A stretch of 64,000 nucleotides of DNA from an uncultured Armatimonadetes bacterium (GCA_963717145.1 OY970325.1:5216001-5280000); one strand, 5' to 3'; positions 9,533 through 19,687 are shown, numbered from the stretch's first letter. Notes: a model not told the origin generated them from the letters alone. A program made the numbers and translations.

Positions 9533-10504
9533 ATGAAGAACCTCGCCAGGTTGCTGGTGATCCTTTCGATACTGACGCTCGTCGGGTGCAGCAAGCAGCC
9601 CAAACCATCCGGTCGCATCACGATCGCCGTCATCCCCAAGGGCACGATGCACGAGTTCTGGAAGACCGTCCATGCCGGCGCGGTCAAGGCATCGAAGGAA
9701 CTCGACGTAGATATCATCTGGAAAGGCCCGATGAAGGAGGACGACAGGGACGCCCAGATTGCGGTCGTCGAGGACTTCATCAGCAAGGGTGTCTCGGGCA
9801 TCGCGCTCGCCCCCCTCGACGACATGGCGCTCCGAGCACCGGTCGCCAATGCCACCAGGAGCGGCATCCCGGTCGTGATCTTCGACTCCGGCCTCCAGGG
9901 AAGCGACTTCATGAGCTTCGTCGCCACCGACAATCACAAGGGCGGACAGATCGCGGGCGACTATATGGCCAAGCTGCTCGGCGACAAGGGCAGCGTCATG
10001 ATGCTGCGGTACAACGAGGGATCGAACAGCACGATGCAGCGCGAGAAGGGCTTCCTCGATGCCATCGCCAGACATGCGGGCATCAAGGTCGTCAGTTCGA
10101 ACCAGTATGGCGGAGTGACCACTGAGAGCGCGTACAAGGCGGGCGAGAACCTGCTCTCCCGCTTCAAGGACGTTGACGGCATCTTCTGCCCGAACGAGTC
10201 GACCACCTTCGGCATGCTCCGCGCGCTTCAGGATGGCGGATATGCCGGCAAGGTGAAGTTCGTCGGCTTCGACGCGTCCCAGCAGCTCATCGACGGCATG
10301 AAGAAGGGGCAGATCGACGGTCTCGTGCTCCAGGACCCGATGTTCATGGGCTACATGGCGGTGAAAACCGTCGTCCAGAGCATCCGCGGCGCCCAGGTCG
10401 AGAATCGGATCGACACCGGCGCGAAACTCGTCACGCCTGAGAATATGGATACGCCCGAGATGAAGGCCCTCCTCCGCCCGGACCTCGACAAGTGGCTCAA
10501 GTAA
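9533..10504 (+). CDS. Sugar ABC transporter substrate-binding lipoprotein (RbsB-like)
   Basis: Lipobox LVGC; IAVIPKG..HEFW, VATDN..GG, VGFD motifs; AGGAGG upstream. Confidence 0.9.
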   Translation: MKNLARLLVILSILTLVGCSKQPKPSGRITIAVIPKGTMHEFWKTVHAGAVKASKELDVDIIWKGPMKEDDRDAQIAVVEDFISKGVSGIALAPLDDMALRAPVANATRSGIPVVIFDSGLQGSDFMSFVATDNHKGGQIAGDYMAKLLGDKGSVMMLRYNEGSNSTMQREKGFLDAIARHAGIKVVSSNQYGGVTTESAYKAGENLLSRFKDVDGIFCPNESTTFGMLRALQDGGYAGKVKFVGFDASQQLIDGMKKGQIDGLVLQDPMFMGYMAVKTVVQSIRGAQVENRIDTGAKLVTPENMDTPEMKALLRPDLDKWLK

Positions 10505-11030
10505 GCCCCTCCTTACGAAGGAGGGGCCGGCCAGCAGGCCGGGGGAGGTTTCCGGATGGGCTGCTGGATGCGCTGCCGCTTGCAGGGGGGTGGCCGGAGG
10601 AGGTTAGAGGCTTGACCGAGTTGTTCAACCGGAAGACGGTGACCGCCAGACGTCGAGCACTGCGCGCTATCATGCCCGAGCCGGAAGTCGTCCTGTGGTC
10701 CAAGTTGAAGGGCAGGCAGGTGGACGGCGTCAAGTTTCGCAGGCAGTACAGTGTCGGTCCGTACATCATCGACTTCTTCGCGCCAAAGGCCAAGCTTGCC
10801 ATAGAAGTGGATGGCGACACCCATTCTGCGGAGGGGGCTGGTGAGCGTGATAGACAGAGGCAAGCTTACATTGAGGGTTTTGGCATCCGTGTGCTTCGGT
10901 TCACAAACAGGGAGGTTCTGCGCAACTTAGACGGTGTGCTGGTGACGATACAACAAGCCATCTGCGAGGCCACGCCGGAAAACCCCCTCGGCCCAGAGGC
11001 CGGTCCCCCTTCGTAAGGGGGACATCTCGG
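10505..11030 (+). mobile_element. Candidate element: DUF559 endonuclease gene bounded by ~50-bp imperfect terminal inverted repeats, each with a CCTT-ACG-AAGG hairpin
   Basis: Left GCCCCTCCTTACGAAGGAGGGGCCGGCCAGCAGGCCGGGGGAGGTTTCC; right GGAAAACCCCCTCGGCCCAGAGGCCGGTCCCCCTTCGTAAGGGGGAC; interrupts the binding protein-permease operon. Confidence 0.75.
10612..11016 (+). CDS. DUF559 / Vsr-like endonuclease domain protein
   Basis: RRRALR..MPEPE..LW..L, KFRRQY.VGPYIIDF, LAIEVDGDTH, RD..R, G.RVLRFTN motifs; TTG start after GGAGG. Confidence 0.9.
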   Translation: MTELFNRKTVTARRRALRAIMPEPEVVLWSKLKGRQVDGVKFRRQYSVGPYIIDFFAPKAKLAIEVDGDTHSAEGAGERDRQRQAYIEGFGIRVLRFTNREVLRNLDGVLVTIQQAICEATPENPLGPEAGPPS

Positions 11031-11050
11031 TTGCGCCAGGTTGTCTTGAC

Positions 11051-12031
11051 ATGGAGATTTCGCAGTCAGAGACCAGAATGCGCGTCATGCTCACGTGGCT
11101 CAACCGGCTCGGGCCGGTGCTCGGGCTCGCGCTGGTCTACGGCCTGTTCGCGGCGCTCGCAGGTGAGAGCTTCACCGGCGTGCGGAATATGGAGACCATC
11201 GCGCGTCAGACCGCAGTCGTCGGGACCGCCGCGCTCGGGATGACGATGGTTATCATCGCCGGAGGGATCGATCTCTCGGTCGGCTCGATCATCGCGCTCA
11301 GCACAGTCACGATCGCCTCATGCCTTGCGAAGGGCTTCAGCCCGCTCACGGCCGCATTCGCCGGAATCATCGCAGGACTGATCTGCGGCCTCATCAACGG
11401 TTTCATCATCACCCGCTTGCGAGTCGTGCCGTTTATCGTCACGCTCGGCACGCTGCTCGCGGTTCGGGGCATCGCCAAAGGATTCGCCCACGAGCAGAAG
11501 GTGAACGCGCCGTGGACCTCGCTGAACGACCTGCTCGCCACTCTCCCTCCCGACAAGCACTGGATGATCGTCCCGCCGGGCGTATGGATCATGCTCATCA
11601 TGGCGGTCGGGGTGGCGGTGATGCTACGTTACTCGCGATTCGGCAGGCACGTCTTCGCGATCGGATCGAGCGAGCAGACCTCGAGGCTCTCGGGGATCGA
11701 TGTGCAGCGGATGAAGCTGATGGTCTATGCCGGGAGCGCCGCCTTCGCCGGGCTCGCTGGGTTGATGCAGTTCTCGCGCCTGACCGTCGGCGACCCGACC
11801 GCCGCGACGGGCCTCGAACTCGATATTATCGCCGCTGTCGTGATCGGCGGTGGGAGCCTTTCCGGCGGCGAGGGATCGGTGTTCGGGGCGTTGATCGGCG
11901 CGCTGATCATGACCGTCATCCGATCCGGATGCTCTCAGATAGGCCTCGAGAACTGGGTGCAGGAGATCATCACCGGCGGCATCATCGTCGTCGCGGTAGC
12001 CCTCGATCGCCTGCGCCACCGGGCGCGGTGA
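11051..12031 (+). CDS. Sugar ABC transporter permease (RbsC-like)
   Basis: GGIDLSVGS, PFIVTLG, FGRHVFAIGS, ELDIIAAVVIGG.SL.GG.GS motifs. Confidence 0.92.
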   Translation: MEISQSETRMRVMLTWLNRLGPVLGLALVYGLFAALAGESFTGVRNMETIARQTAVVGTAALGMTMVIIAGGIDLSVGSIIALSTVTIASCLAKGFSPLTAAFAGIIAGLICGLINGFIITRLRVVPFIVTLGTLLAVRGIAKGFAHEQKVNAPWTSLNDLLATLPPDKHWMIVPPGVWIMLIMAVGVAVMLRYSRFGRHVFAIGSSEQTSRLSGIDVQRMKLMVYAGSAAFAGLAGLMQFSRLTVGDPTAATGLELDIIAAVVIGGGSLSGGEGSVFGALIGALIMTVIRSGCSQIGLENWVQEIITGGIIVVAVALDRLRHRAR

Positions 12032-12032
12032 G

Positions 12033-12803
12033 TCAGCCCGCCCCGGAGGTCTCGATGTGTTCCTCACGCAGGCGGATGATCTCGACCTCGGGGAAGCGGT
12101 CCTTGATCCTGTGGGCGATGGCTTCCACGCCGAATAGCTCGGTGAACGTGTGGCTGCCGATGAAGAGATCGAGGCCTGCGAACCGGGCGTATTCCAGCGT
12201 GTAGAGCATCCTCTCGCCGGTGATGTAGGCGTCGCAGCCCCTGTCGACTGCCTCCTTCACGTGATTGGTCCACATCCCCCCACCGGTCACGATGTCGATG
12301 CGCCTGATCGGCCGGTCATGGTTACGCCAGGCGTGGATCGGCTCCTCCAGGACTCCCTCCAGACGCGACTTCAGCGCCTCGAAGGTCATCGGCTCGTCGA
12401 ACTCGCAGACACGGCCGCAGTAGAAGGCTTCTTCCTCCAGGTGCGACTTCTCCACGACGCGAGCGCCGAGTTTCTCTGCGAGCATGACACCGTTGCCGAA
12501 GTCGTCCGCGCCATCGAGCATCAAGTGGAACTGGCAGTGCGAGACGCAGTGCACCTGCATGCGTGAGAGGCAGACCTCCTTCATGCCGTAGAGGGAATCG
12601 AAAGCATCATGATGCGTGATGATGACGTTCACCCGATTCTTGATCGCCTCATCGACAACCTCCGGCGTAAGGTTGGTGCAATAGCCGATCCGTCGGACAT
12701 CATCCACCCCATCGAACCGGAAGATGTGCTCGTTCTGCAGCTTCTCCAGATTCTCGACGCCGAACAGGTCGGTGATGTATTCCCGCAGTTCAGTCAGTTT
12801 CAT
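12033..12803 (-). CDS. Nif3-like dinuclear metal centre protein
   Basis: IITHH, HLMLD, TGGG, YITGE, SHTFTE motifs. Confidence 0.85.
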   Translation of the reverse strand: MKLTELREYITDLFGVENLEKLQNEHIFRFDGVDDVRRIGYCTNLTPEVVDEAIKNRVNVIITHHDAFDSLYGMKEVCLSRMQVHCVSHCQFHLMLDGADDFGNGVMLAEKLGARVVEKSHLEEEAFYCGRVCEFDEPMTFEALKSRLEGVLEEPIHAWRNHDRPIRRIDIVTGGGMWTNHVKEAVDRGCDAYITGERMLYTLEYARFAGLDLFIGSHTFTELFGVEAIAHRIKDRFPEVEIIRLREEHIETSGAG

Positions 12804-13333
12804 GAGTTCCTCTTGGTTTGGAAGTGCTGGGCAATCAGGTCGAGGCCGGGGAAGAGCGGATCGGGCATAACCGACTCCTCGTAGTGCCCGTCGGTGTACT
12901 CGGCGATGATCCTGGTCCAGAAGGCACGGGCGGGCGCATTCTCAAGCATCTCCCCTACCTCCCAGTTGCCTTGGAACAGGTCGAACATGCGTCGGGCGAC
13001 ATACTTGCCGACTCCCTTCCCGCGGAACTTGCGCAGGATGAAGAACTGGCCGATATCGTAGCTGTCTTCTCCAGTCTGACGAACCAGCGAGAACCCGGCG
13101 AGGCGTCCATCTACCCGCACCAGGAATGGGTATCCACGCCAACCCTCGGGCCAGGCGTACTCAGGGTCGCACGGCTTGCCCCAGTACTGCGGAAGCTCGT
13201 CGCATCCGCCGAAGAGGCCGCTCTCCGGGCAATCCCAGCCCATGTGCTCAGACATGTCGTAGATATAGAACCTGATCAGATTCTCGATGACCGGCATGTC
13301 CTCCTCACGGGCCTCGATGATCTCGATGTTCAT
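12800..13333 (-). CDS. GNAT family N-acetyltransferase
   Basis: FFILRKFRGKGVG acetyl-CoA motif; N.PARAFW. Confidence 0.85.
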   Translation of the reverse strand: MNIEIIEAREEDMPVIENLIRFYIYDMSEHMGWDCPESGLFGGCDELPQYWGKPCDPEYAWPEGWRGYPFLVRVDGRLAGFSLVRQTGEDSYDIGQFFILRKFRGKGVGKYVARRMFDLFQGNWEVGEMLENAPARAFWTRIIAEYTDGHYEESVMPDPLFPGLDLIAQHFQTKRNS

Positions 13334-13336
13334 GCG

Positions 13337-14088
13337 CTATCTCCCTTCGGGACGCTTGACCGCCAGGGTCAACATCCGCTTGGAGTCGATAGTGAGTGCC
13401 GACGAGTCGAGGTCGCCCCAGACCGACTCGATGGTGAGGCCGGCCTGCCTCATCATACTCCGCATCTCACGGCTCGGTGTAGACGCGCAGGGACTGACAA
13501 CTCTCGGTTCGGCGACCGTCCGCGTAGATTGTTCGCTCCGTGGCATTGGTACGGCCCGTCGCAGGATCGAACGATCGCTCGGACACTATGATATCGCCCC
13601 GGGAGTTCTCACGCCAGTCGCGTGGCTGGAACCGCCGCATCAGCGACTCATAGCAGTGCGTCTCCAGGAGGAATTGCCCGCCGGGCTTGAGGGCGCGCGA
13701 GATGCCGTCGAGCACCTTCTGGTCCTCCTCGTCGGATTCCAGGTAGCCAAAGGAGGTCCACATGTTGATTGCCGCGTCGAACTCCGAGTCGAAGGCCAGG
13801 TCGCGCATATCCATCTGCACGAGATTGGGCTCGAGGCCCTCTCGTGCGGCGGTTTCCCGGCACTTGCCAAGCATGAACTCGGATAGATCGACGCCCACGA
13901 CTTCCCCGACGCATGAGGTCGAGGAGGTGCCTACCCTGCCCGCAGCAGAGGTCGAGCACCCGCGCGCCGGGCCGGATCGCCATCTTCTCGATCGCGAAGT
14001 CGACCTGCGTCCGGCTCGCGTCGCTCTCGCCGTACATCTCGAACCTCAGAGGGTCTTCCTCAGCGAACAACTCTTCGTACCAGGCCAT
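13337..14088 (-). pseudogene. Class I SAM-dependent methyltransferase split by two frameshifts (~13905, ~13470); pseudogene or sequencing error
   Basis: VLDLCCGQGRH in one frame, GVDLS..DMRDL..FGY..LKPGG in a second, EMRSMMRQAGL..WGD in a third. Confidence 0.75.
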
Positions 14089-14109
14089 GTGCATTCTCCT
14101 TTACCAGGC

Positions 14110-14187
14110 AGTCTACCTGGCGCATGGGAATCTGTCAATCTGCACGAACTCGATGGTTTGACGATCAGATGTGAAAAATGGTACGAT
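14110..14187. promoter_or_regulatory. Divergent sigma70-type promoters (methyltransferase operon / ior operon)
   Basis: Minus strand TTGACA(14138-14133)-17-TAGACT; plus strand TTGACG(14158)-18-TACGAT with TGn extension. Confidence 0.6.
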
Positions 14188-14219
14188 TTGCCAGTCTTGT
14201 GGCCCGTGAGGGAAAGATA

Positions 14220-16133
14220 TTGAAGACGACTGTTCTGCTGTCGGGCAATGAGGCGATCGCCCGAGGCGCATATGAGGCCGGTGTTCGGGTCGCCGCGGGT
14301 TACCCCGGCACCCCGAGCACCGAGATACTTGAGAACATCACCCAGTACGAGACGATCTACGCCGAGTGGTCGCCGAATGAGAAGGTTGCCCTCGAGGTCG
14401 CTCTCGGCGCTGCTCTCGGAGGCGCTCGGGCGCTCTGCACCATGAAGCACGTCGGCGTCAACGTCGCGTCCGACCCGCTGATGACCGCCTCGTACACCGG
14501 CATCAACCGTGGACTCGTGCTGGTGAGCGCCGACGACCCCGGCATGCACAGCTCCCAGAACGAACAGGACAACCGTCACTACGCCCGGTTCGCCAAGATC
14601 CCGATGCTCGAACCGGCCGACAGCCAGGAGTGCAGGGACTTCACCATCCGCGCCTTCGAGATCAGCGAAGCGTATGATACCCCGGTGCTGCTCCGAACGA
14701 CCACCCGCGTGAACCACGGGAAATCGACCGTCAGCCTCTCTGAGCCGCAGGAGCCGGTCTTCGGCAGGTTTGAGTGCAACCTTCAGAAATACGTGATGAT
14801 CCCCGCATACGCGATGAAGCGCCATGTGATCGTGGAGGAGCGGATGATCCGCCTGAGGGAGTTGTCCAACGCCTCCGGTGTCGCCATTGCCCGTAGTGGC
14901 CGTGCCTCTGTGCCGGCCTCCGAGATCACTGGCCGGCACAGAGGCACGGCCACTACGGGCAATGGCGACCTGCACCGCATCGAATGGGTCGACACGTCGA
15001 TCGGCGTGATCACCTCGGGGATCGCATACCAGTACGTCAGGGAGGTGCTCCCGGAGGCGTCGGTACTGAAGCTCGGGATGACCTATCCGCTGCCCGACCG
15101 CCTGATCCGCGAGTTCGCGTCGAAGGTCGAGAAGCTGTACGTCGTCGAGGAACTCGATCCGTTCCTGGAGGATCAGATCAAGGCGCTCGGAATCGAGGTC
15201 ATCGGCAAGGAGCGCTTCCCGATCATCGGCGAGCTGAACCCGAGGCTCGTCGCCGCTGGATTCGACTTGGGTAGGGGCGTGCCTTGTGCCGCCTGTGACG
15301 AGGTACCGGGCGGAGATGGACAGGCCACGGGCGGCACAAGGCACGCCCCTACAACCCAGCGGTTGGAGGGTGATATCCCCGGGCGGCCGCCGGTCCTCTG
15401 CCCGGGATGCCCTCACCGCGGGTTCTACCAGGTTCTGAAGAAGATGAAGGCCATCGTGACCGGCGACATCGGATGCTATACGCTCGGAGTGCTTCCGCCG
15501 CTCGAGGTAATGGACACCTGCATCTGCATGGGCGCATCGATCGGGACCGCGCTCGGCATGAAGCGCGCTCAGTCGCCCGACGACAAGCGCCCGGTCGTGG
15601 CGGTGATCGGCGACTCAACTTTCGTCCACTCCGGGATCACCGGCCTGATCGATGCCGTCTACAACGGCACGGCCGCGACGATATGCATCCTCGACAACTC
15701 CACGACCGCGATGACCGGCGGGCAGGAGCATCCGGCGTCGGGGAAGACGCTCATGGGCAGTCCGGCGCCGAAGCTCGATCTGGCGGCCCTCGCACGTGCG
15801 ATCGGTGTCGAGGACGTGCTGGTGGTCGATCCATACGATCTGGAGGCAGTCGAGAAGGCGCTCAGGTATGCGACCCGGACGGATAAGCCTTCGGTGATCA
15901 TTACGAACAGGCCGTGCGTGCTGAGAGACAGGTCGGAGAAGCCGCCGAAGTCCTCCATCGCGCTGGAAATGTGTACCGGCTGCCAGGTGTGCTTCCGGAT
16001 CGGATGCCCGGCGATGGAGTCGGTGGCGGTCGACGACAAGTTGCGCGCGCGGATCAACGCCAACCTGTGTCAGAGCTGTGGTGTCTGCATCCAGGTATGC
16101 CGCTTCGAGGCCATTGGGAGGCCGGAGGAATGA
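14220..16133 (+). CDS. iorA: Indolepyruvate:ferredoxin oxidoreductase alpha subunit; two in-frame REP-like insertions
   Basis: LSGNEAIARGA, GYPGTPSTE, MKHVGVNVA, RPPVLCPGCPHR, GDIGCY, IGDSTF, C-terminal 2x[4Fe-4S] Cys motifs; TTG start 14220. Confidence 0.95.
   Translation: MKTTVLLSGNEAIARGAYEAGVRVAAGYPGTPSTEILENITQYETIYAEWSPNEKVALEVALGAALGGARALCTMKHVGVNVASDPLMTASYTGINRGLVLVSADDPGMHSSQNEQDNRHYARFAKIPMLEPADSQECRDFTIRAFEISEAYDTPVLLRTTTRVNHGKSTVSLSEPQEPVFGRFECNLQKYVMIPAYAMKRHVIVEERMIRLRELSNASGVAIARSGRASVPASEITGRHRGTATTGNGDLHRIEWVDTSIGVITSGIAYQYVREVLPEASVLKLGMTYPLPDRLIREFASKVEKLYVVEELDPFLEDQIKALGIEVIGKERFPIIGELNPRLVAAGFDLGRGVPCAACDEVPGGDGQATGGTRHAPTTQRLEGDIPGRPPVLCPGCPHRGFYQVLKKMKAIVTGDIGCYTLGVLPPLEVMDTCICMGASIGTALGMKRAQSPDDKRPVVAVIGDSTFVHSGITGLIDAVYNGTAATICILDNSTTAMTGGQEHPASGKTLMGSPAPKLDLAALARAIGVEDVLVVDPYDLEAVEKALRYATRTDKPSVIITNRPCVLRDRSEKPPKSSIALEMCTGCQVCFRIGCPAMESVAVDDKLRARINANLCQSCGVCIQVCRFEAIGRPEE
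14880..14969. repeat. GTAGTGGCC-family REP doublet (perfect 39-bp IR, 90 nt) in frame in iorA
   Basis: GTCGCCATTGCCCGTAGTGGCCGTGCCTCTGTGCCGGCC-N12-reverse complement; same family intergenic at 27410-27480 and 54021-54046. Confidence 0.9.
15271..15352. repeat. GTAGGGGCG-family REP doublet in frame in iorA
   Basis: GTAGGGGCGTGCCTTGTGCCGCC...GGCGGCACAAGGCACGCCCCTAC, arms identical to 6699 and 28908 copies. Confidence 0.9.
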
Positions 16134-16708
16134 GCAATCGCACGACGAACATCAGACTGGCCGGTGTCGGCGGGCAAGGAATACTCGTAGCCAGTGAGGC
16201 GCTCTGCGATGCGCTGCTCGCGAGCGGCTTCGACGTGAAGAAGAGTGAGGTCCATGGGATGGCCCAGCGCGGCGGCACAGTGAACTCCGACGTGCGCTTC
16301 GGGGTCAAGGTGTGTTCCCCCATCATACCGGAGGGTGATGTGGACGTGCTGCTGGCATTCGAGCAGATGGAGGCGCTTCGGTATCTGCCGTCACTCAAGG
16401 CCGGCGGAGTCGTGATTGTGAATCGGCAGCGGATACTCCCGTCGGCGGTCGCCTCGGGGAAGCTGGAATACCCGGCCGACATCGAGAGCCGGCTCGCGGA
16501 CCACGCGGGCGAGGTGATCTCGATCGATGCGCTGGACTTGGCGAAGGAAGCCGGCTCAGTCCGGAGCGTGAACGTCTGCCTGCTCGGGGCGCTGTCGCGG
16601 TTCCTCGAAGTCGAGGAATCGGTGTGGGAGAGCGTTCTCACCGAGCGGTTCAGGAACAAGGGGCTCGAGGCGAACCTGAAGGCCTTTGCGCTGGGGCGGG
16701 CCGTTTGA
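16130..16708 (+). CDS. iorB: Indolepyruvate:ferredoxin oxidoreductase beta subunit
   Basis: GVGGQGI, SEVHGMAQRGGTV motifs; ATGA overlap with iorA. Confidence 0.95.
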   Translation: MSNRTTNIRLAGVGGQGILVASEALCDALLASGFDVKKSEVHGMAQRGGTVNSDVRFGVKVCSPIIPEGDVDVLLAFEQMEALRYLPSLKAGGVVIVNRQRILPSAVASGKLEYPADIESRLADHAGEVISIDALDLAKEAGSVRSVNVCLLGALSRFLEVEESVWESVLTERFRNKGLEANLKAFALGRAV

Positions 16709-16735
16709 GTATGAGTATGAGTATGAGTATGAGTA
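16706..16735 (+). repeat. (TGAGTA)5 simple repeat between iorB stop and paaK RBS
   Basis: TGAGTA x5 then GGAG. Confidence 0.9.
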
Positions 16736-16747
16736 GGAGCGGGAGCC

Positions 16748-18046
16748 ATGATTTGGAACAGAGAAGCTGAGTGCATGCCGGTTGAGGAGCGCCGGAAGCT
16801 CCAGGGCGAGCGACTGCGTCAGACCGTCAGGCGGTGCTACGACAACGTTCCGGTCTATCGGAAGAAGTTCGATGACGCCGGGATCAAGCCGGACGACGTT
16901 CGCTCGATCGACGACCTCAAGAGCCTGCCGTTCACCACCAGGGACGATCTGCGCGACAACTACCCGTTCGGCATGTTCGCCGTCCCGATGGAGGATGTCG
17001 TCCGCGTCCATTCGTCTTCCGGCACGACGGGCAAGCCCAAGGTCGTCGGCTACACGCGCAACGATGTCGAGATGTGGGCCGAGCTGATGGCCCGCACGAT
17101 CGGGTGCGGCGGCGCGGGGAAGCACGACATCATCCAGGTCGCCTACGGATACGGTCTCTTCACCGGTGGCCTCGGAGTCCATTACGGCGCGGAGAAGGTC
17201 GGCGCGACCGTCGTCCCGATCTCGGGCGGCAACACCAAGCGCCAGATCATGATCATGCAGGACTTCGGCAGCACGATGCTCGCCTGCACGCCGTCCTATG
17301 CGCTATACCTCGCCGACACCGCGAAGGAGATGGACCTCGACATCCGCGATTTCCCGCTCAAGTATGGCATATTCGGCGCTGAGCCGTGGACCGTTCAGAT
17401 GCGCAGAGAGATCGAGGCCAAGATGGGCGTCCGCGCGACCGACATCTACGGCCTCAGCGAGGTCATCGGCCCCGGCGTATCGAGTGAGTGCGAGGCTCAG
17501 GACGGCCTGCACGTGTGCGACGACCACTTCGTCCCTGAGATCATCGACCCGGTTACCGAGCAGGTCGTCCCTGCCGGAACGCCCGGTGAGCTGGTCTTTA
17601 CATCGCTCACCAAGGAAGCGTTCCCGATCATCCGCTACCGGACGCGGGATCTCTCGGTGCTCAATGAGAATAAGTGCGAGTGCGGGCGGACTCACTTCCG
17701 CATGGGCAGGATCACCGGCCGGACGGACGATATGCTGATCATCCGCGGCGTGAACCTGTTCCCGAGCCAGATCGAGAGCGTGCTGCTCGAAATCGAGGGC
17801 ACTGAGCCGCACTATCTCATCGTCGTGAACCGCGTTGACAGCCTCGACTGCCTGGAAGTCTGGGTCGAGGTCAGCGAGAAGTTCTTCTCCGACGAGATCA
17901 AGGGGCTCGAAGCGCTGGAGAAGAAGATCGAGCACGAGATCCACAGCGTGGTCGGCATCAGCGCTGATGTCAAGCTGGTCGAGCCGAAGACGATCGAGCG
18001 GAGTGAGGGCAAGGCGAAGCGCGTGGTAGACAATCGGCCGAAGTAG
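16748..18046 (+). CDS. paaK: Phenylacetate--CoA ligase family protein
   Basis: [47 protein letters not shown]. Confidence 0.93.
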   Translation: MIWNREAECMPVEERRKLQGERLRQTVRRCYDNVPVYRKKFDDAGIKPDDVRSIDDLKSLPFTTRDDLRDNYPFGMFAVPMEDVVRVHSSSGTTGKPKVVGYTRNDVEMWAELMARTIGCGGAGKHDIIQVAYGYGLFTGGLGVHYGAEKVGATVVPISGGNTKRQIMIMQDFGSTMLACTPSYALYLADTAKEMDLDIRDFPLKYGIFGAEPWTVQMRREIEAKMGVRATDIYGLSEVIGPGVSSECEAQDGLHVCDDHFVPEIIDPVTEQVVPAGTPGELVFTSLTKEAFPIIRYRTRDLSVLNENKCECGRTHFRMGRITGRTDDMLIIRGVNLFPSQIESVLLEIEGTEPHYLIVVNRVDSLDCLEVWVEVSEKFFSDEIKGLEALEKKIEHEIHSVVGISADVKLVEPKTIERSEGKAKRVVDNRPK

Positions 18047-18078
18047 TGCAGAATCTGTAGTTCAAAGGAGAACGGTAG

Positions 18079-19686
18079 ATGAACACGGGAATACTGGTCA
18101 TCGTTCTGTACGTCGTAGCCATGGTCATCCTGGGCTACTGGGCGATGAGGAAGACCCACAACGTGAGCGATTTCTTCCTCGGTGGGCGGAACATCGGACC
18201 GTGGATGTCGGCGTTTGCGTACGGCACGACGTATTTCTCAGCGGTACTCTTCATCGGCTACGGCGGGAAGCTCGGCTGGGGATTCGGCCTCCACACGATG
18301 TGGATCGTCGCCGGAAACGTGCTCGTCGGAAGTCTGTTGGCGTGGTGGGTCTTGGGAAGACGGACTCGGGAGATGACCTCTCGGATCGACGCGATGACCA
18401 TGCCCGATTTCCTTGCCAAGCGGTACAGCAGTCCGGCGCTCAAGGTGCTGGCTGCCCTGCTCATTTTCATCTTTCTGGTCCCGTACTCCGCGTCCGTATA
18501 CATGGGACTCAGCTACCTGTTCCAGACGGCATTCGACATGCCCTACACTACGGCACTGGGCATCCTGGCGGCTCTGACGGCGGTGTACCTGGTCATGGGC
18601 GGTTACTTCGCCATCACGCTCACTGACTTCCTCATGGGCCTGATAATGCTCTCGGGAGTCGGAGTCATGCTGACCCTCCTGATCGGCAAGGCGGGCGGCA
18701 TCGGTCACACTCTCCAACTTCTCACCGACTGGAAGACCTGCTCCCCTGCCCTGAACCTGCCACCGGGAGCGCCTGTCCCGCCGATCCCGAACTGGCTTAC
18801 CCTGGCGTCTCTGGTCGTCCTGACGAGTCTCGGGCCGTGGGGTCTCCCGCAGATGGTACAGAAGTTCTACTCGATCAAGAGCGGCGACCAGGTGAAGCGC
18901 GCGATGATCGTAGCCACCCTGTTCGCGCTGGTCGTCACCCTCGGCGGCTACTTCACAGGCGCGATGACGCACATCAACGTGCCGAACGCCGCCCACGTCT
19001 CCGCATCGAGTGCATCCACCGGCGACTACACCTCTCCGAAGGACCTGCCGGTGAAAATGAGGGACGGCAAGCCGGTCATTCTGCCGAGCGGAAAGCCCGA
19101 CGTCGACTGGGACAGATGGATTCCGACATACCTGGGGAACAAGCTGCCGGCATGGGTGATACTCGTCATCGCGCTGCTTGTGTTCTCGGCTTCCATGAGC
19201 ACGCTGTCATCGCTGGTATTGGTCTCCAGTTCGGCCGTGGCGATGGACCTCTACGGCGGGTCCATCAATCCAGGGGCTGACCGCAAGACCGTGCTTCTGC
19301 TGATGAGGATACTATGCGGCCTGTTCGTGGCAGTTTCGCTGTATGTTGCCCTCCAGCAGCCGAAGATCATAATCAATCTCATGGCGATATCCTGGGGCGT
19401 GTTGGCAGGCGCTTTCGCGGCCCCGTATTTCTATGGCCTGTTCTGGCGGAGAACGACAACTGCCGGGGCGGTTGCCGGCATGATCGTCGGAGTCGGCGCT
19501 GTGATCACGATCGTCAGGCACTACGGCGATCCGGGCATACCGCTCTCGGCGGCCGTGGCCATTCTGTTGCCCTTTGTCGTTGTGCCGGTCGTCAGCCTTC
19601 TGACGAAACCGATGGGGAGGGCACATCTCGACAAGTGTTTTGGCGATGGGGGCGCTAAGCCGTCACCAGCTCTCAAAGGAGAATGA
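18079..19686 (+). CDS. Sodium:solute symporter family protein
   Basis: DFFLGGR.IGPW, TMPDFL..RY, T.DF.MG, SASMST.SS; about 13 TM helices. Confidence 0.9.
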   Translation: MNTGILVIVLYVVAMVILGYWAMRKTHNVSDFFLGGRNIGPWMSAFAYGTTYFSAVLFIGYGGKLGWGFGLHTMWIVAGNVLVGSLLAWWVLGRRTREMTSRIDAMTMPDFLAKRYSSPALKVLAALLIFIFLVPYSASVYMGLSYLFQTAFDMPYTTALGILAALTAVYLVMGGYFAITLTDFLMGLIMLSGVGVMLTLLIGKAGGIGHTLQLLTDWKTCSPALNLPPGAPVPPIPNWLTLASLVVLTSLGPWGLPQMVQKFYSIKSGDQVKRAMIVATLFALVVTLGGYFTGAMTHINVPNAAHVSASSASTGDYTSPKDLPVKMRDGKPVILPSGKPDVDWDRWIPTYLGNKLPAWVILVIALLVFSASMSTLSSLVLVSSSAVAMDLYGGSINPGADRKTVLLLMRILCGLFVAVSLYVALQQPKIIINLMAISWGVLAGAFAAPYFYGLFWRRTTTAGAVAGMIVGVGAVITIVRHYGDPGIPLSAAVAILLPFVVVPVVSLLTKPMGRAHLDKCFGDGGAKPSPALKGE

Positions 19687-19687
19687 G

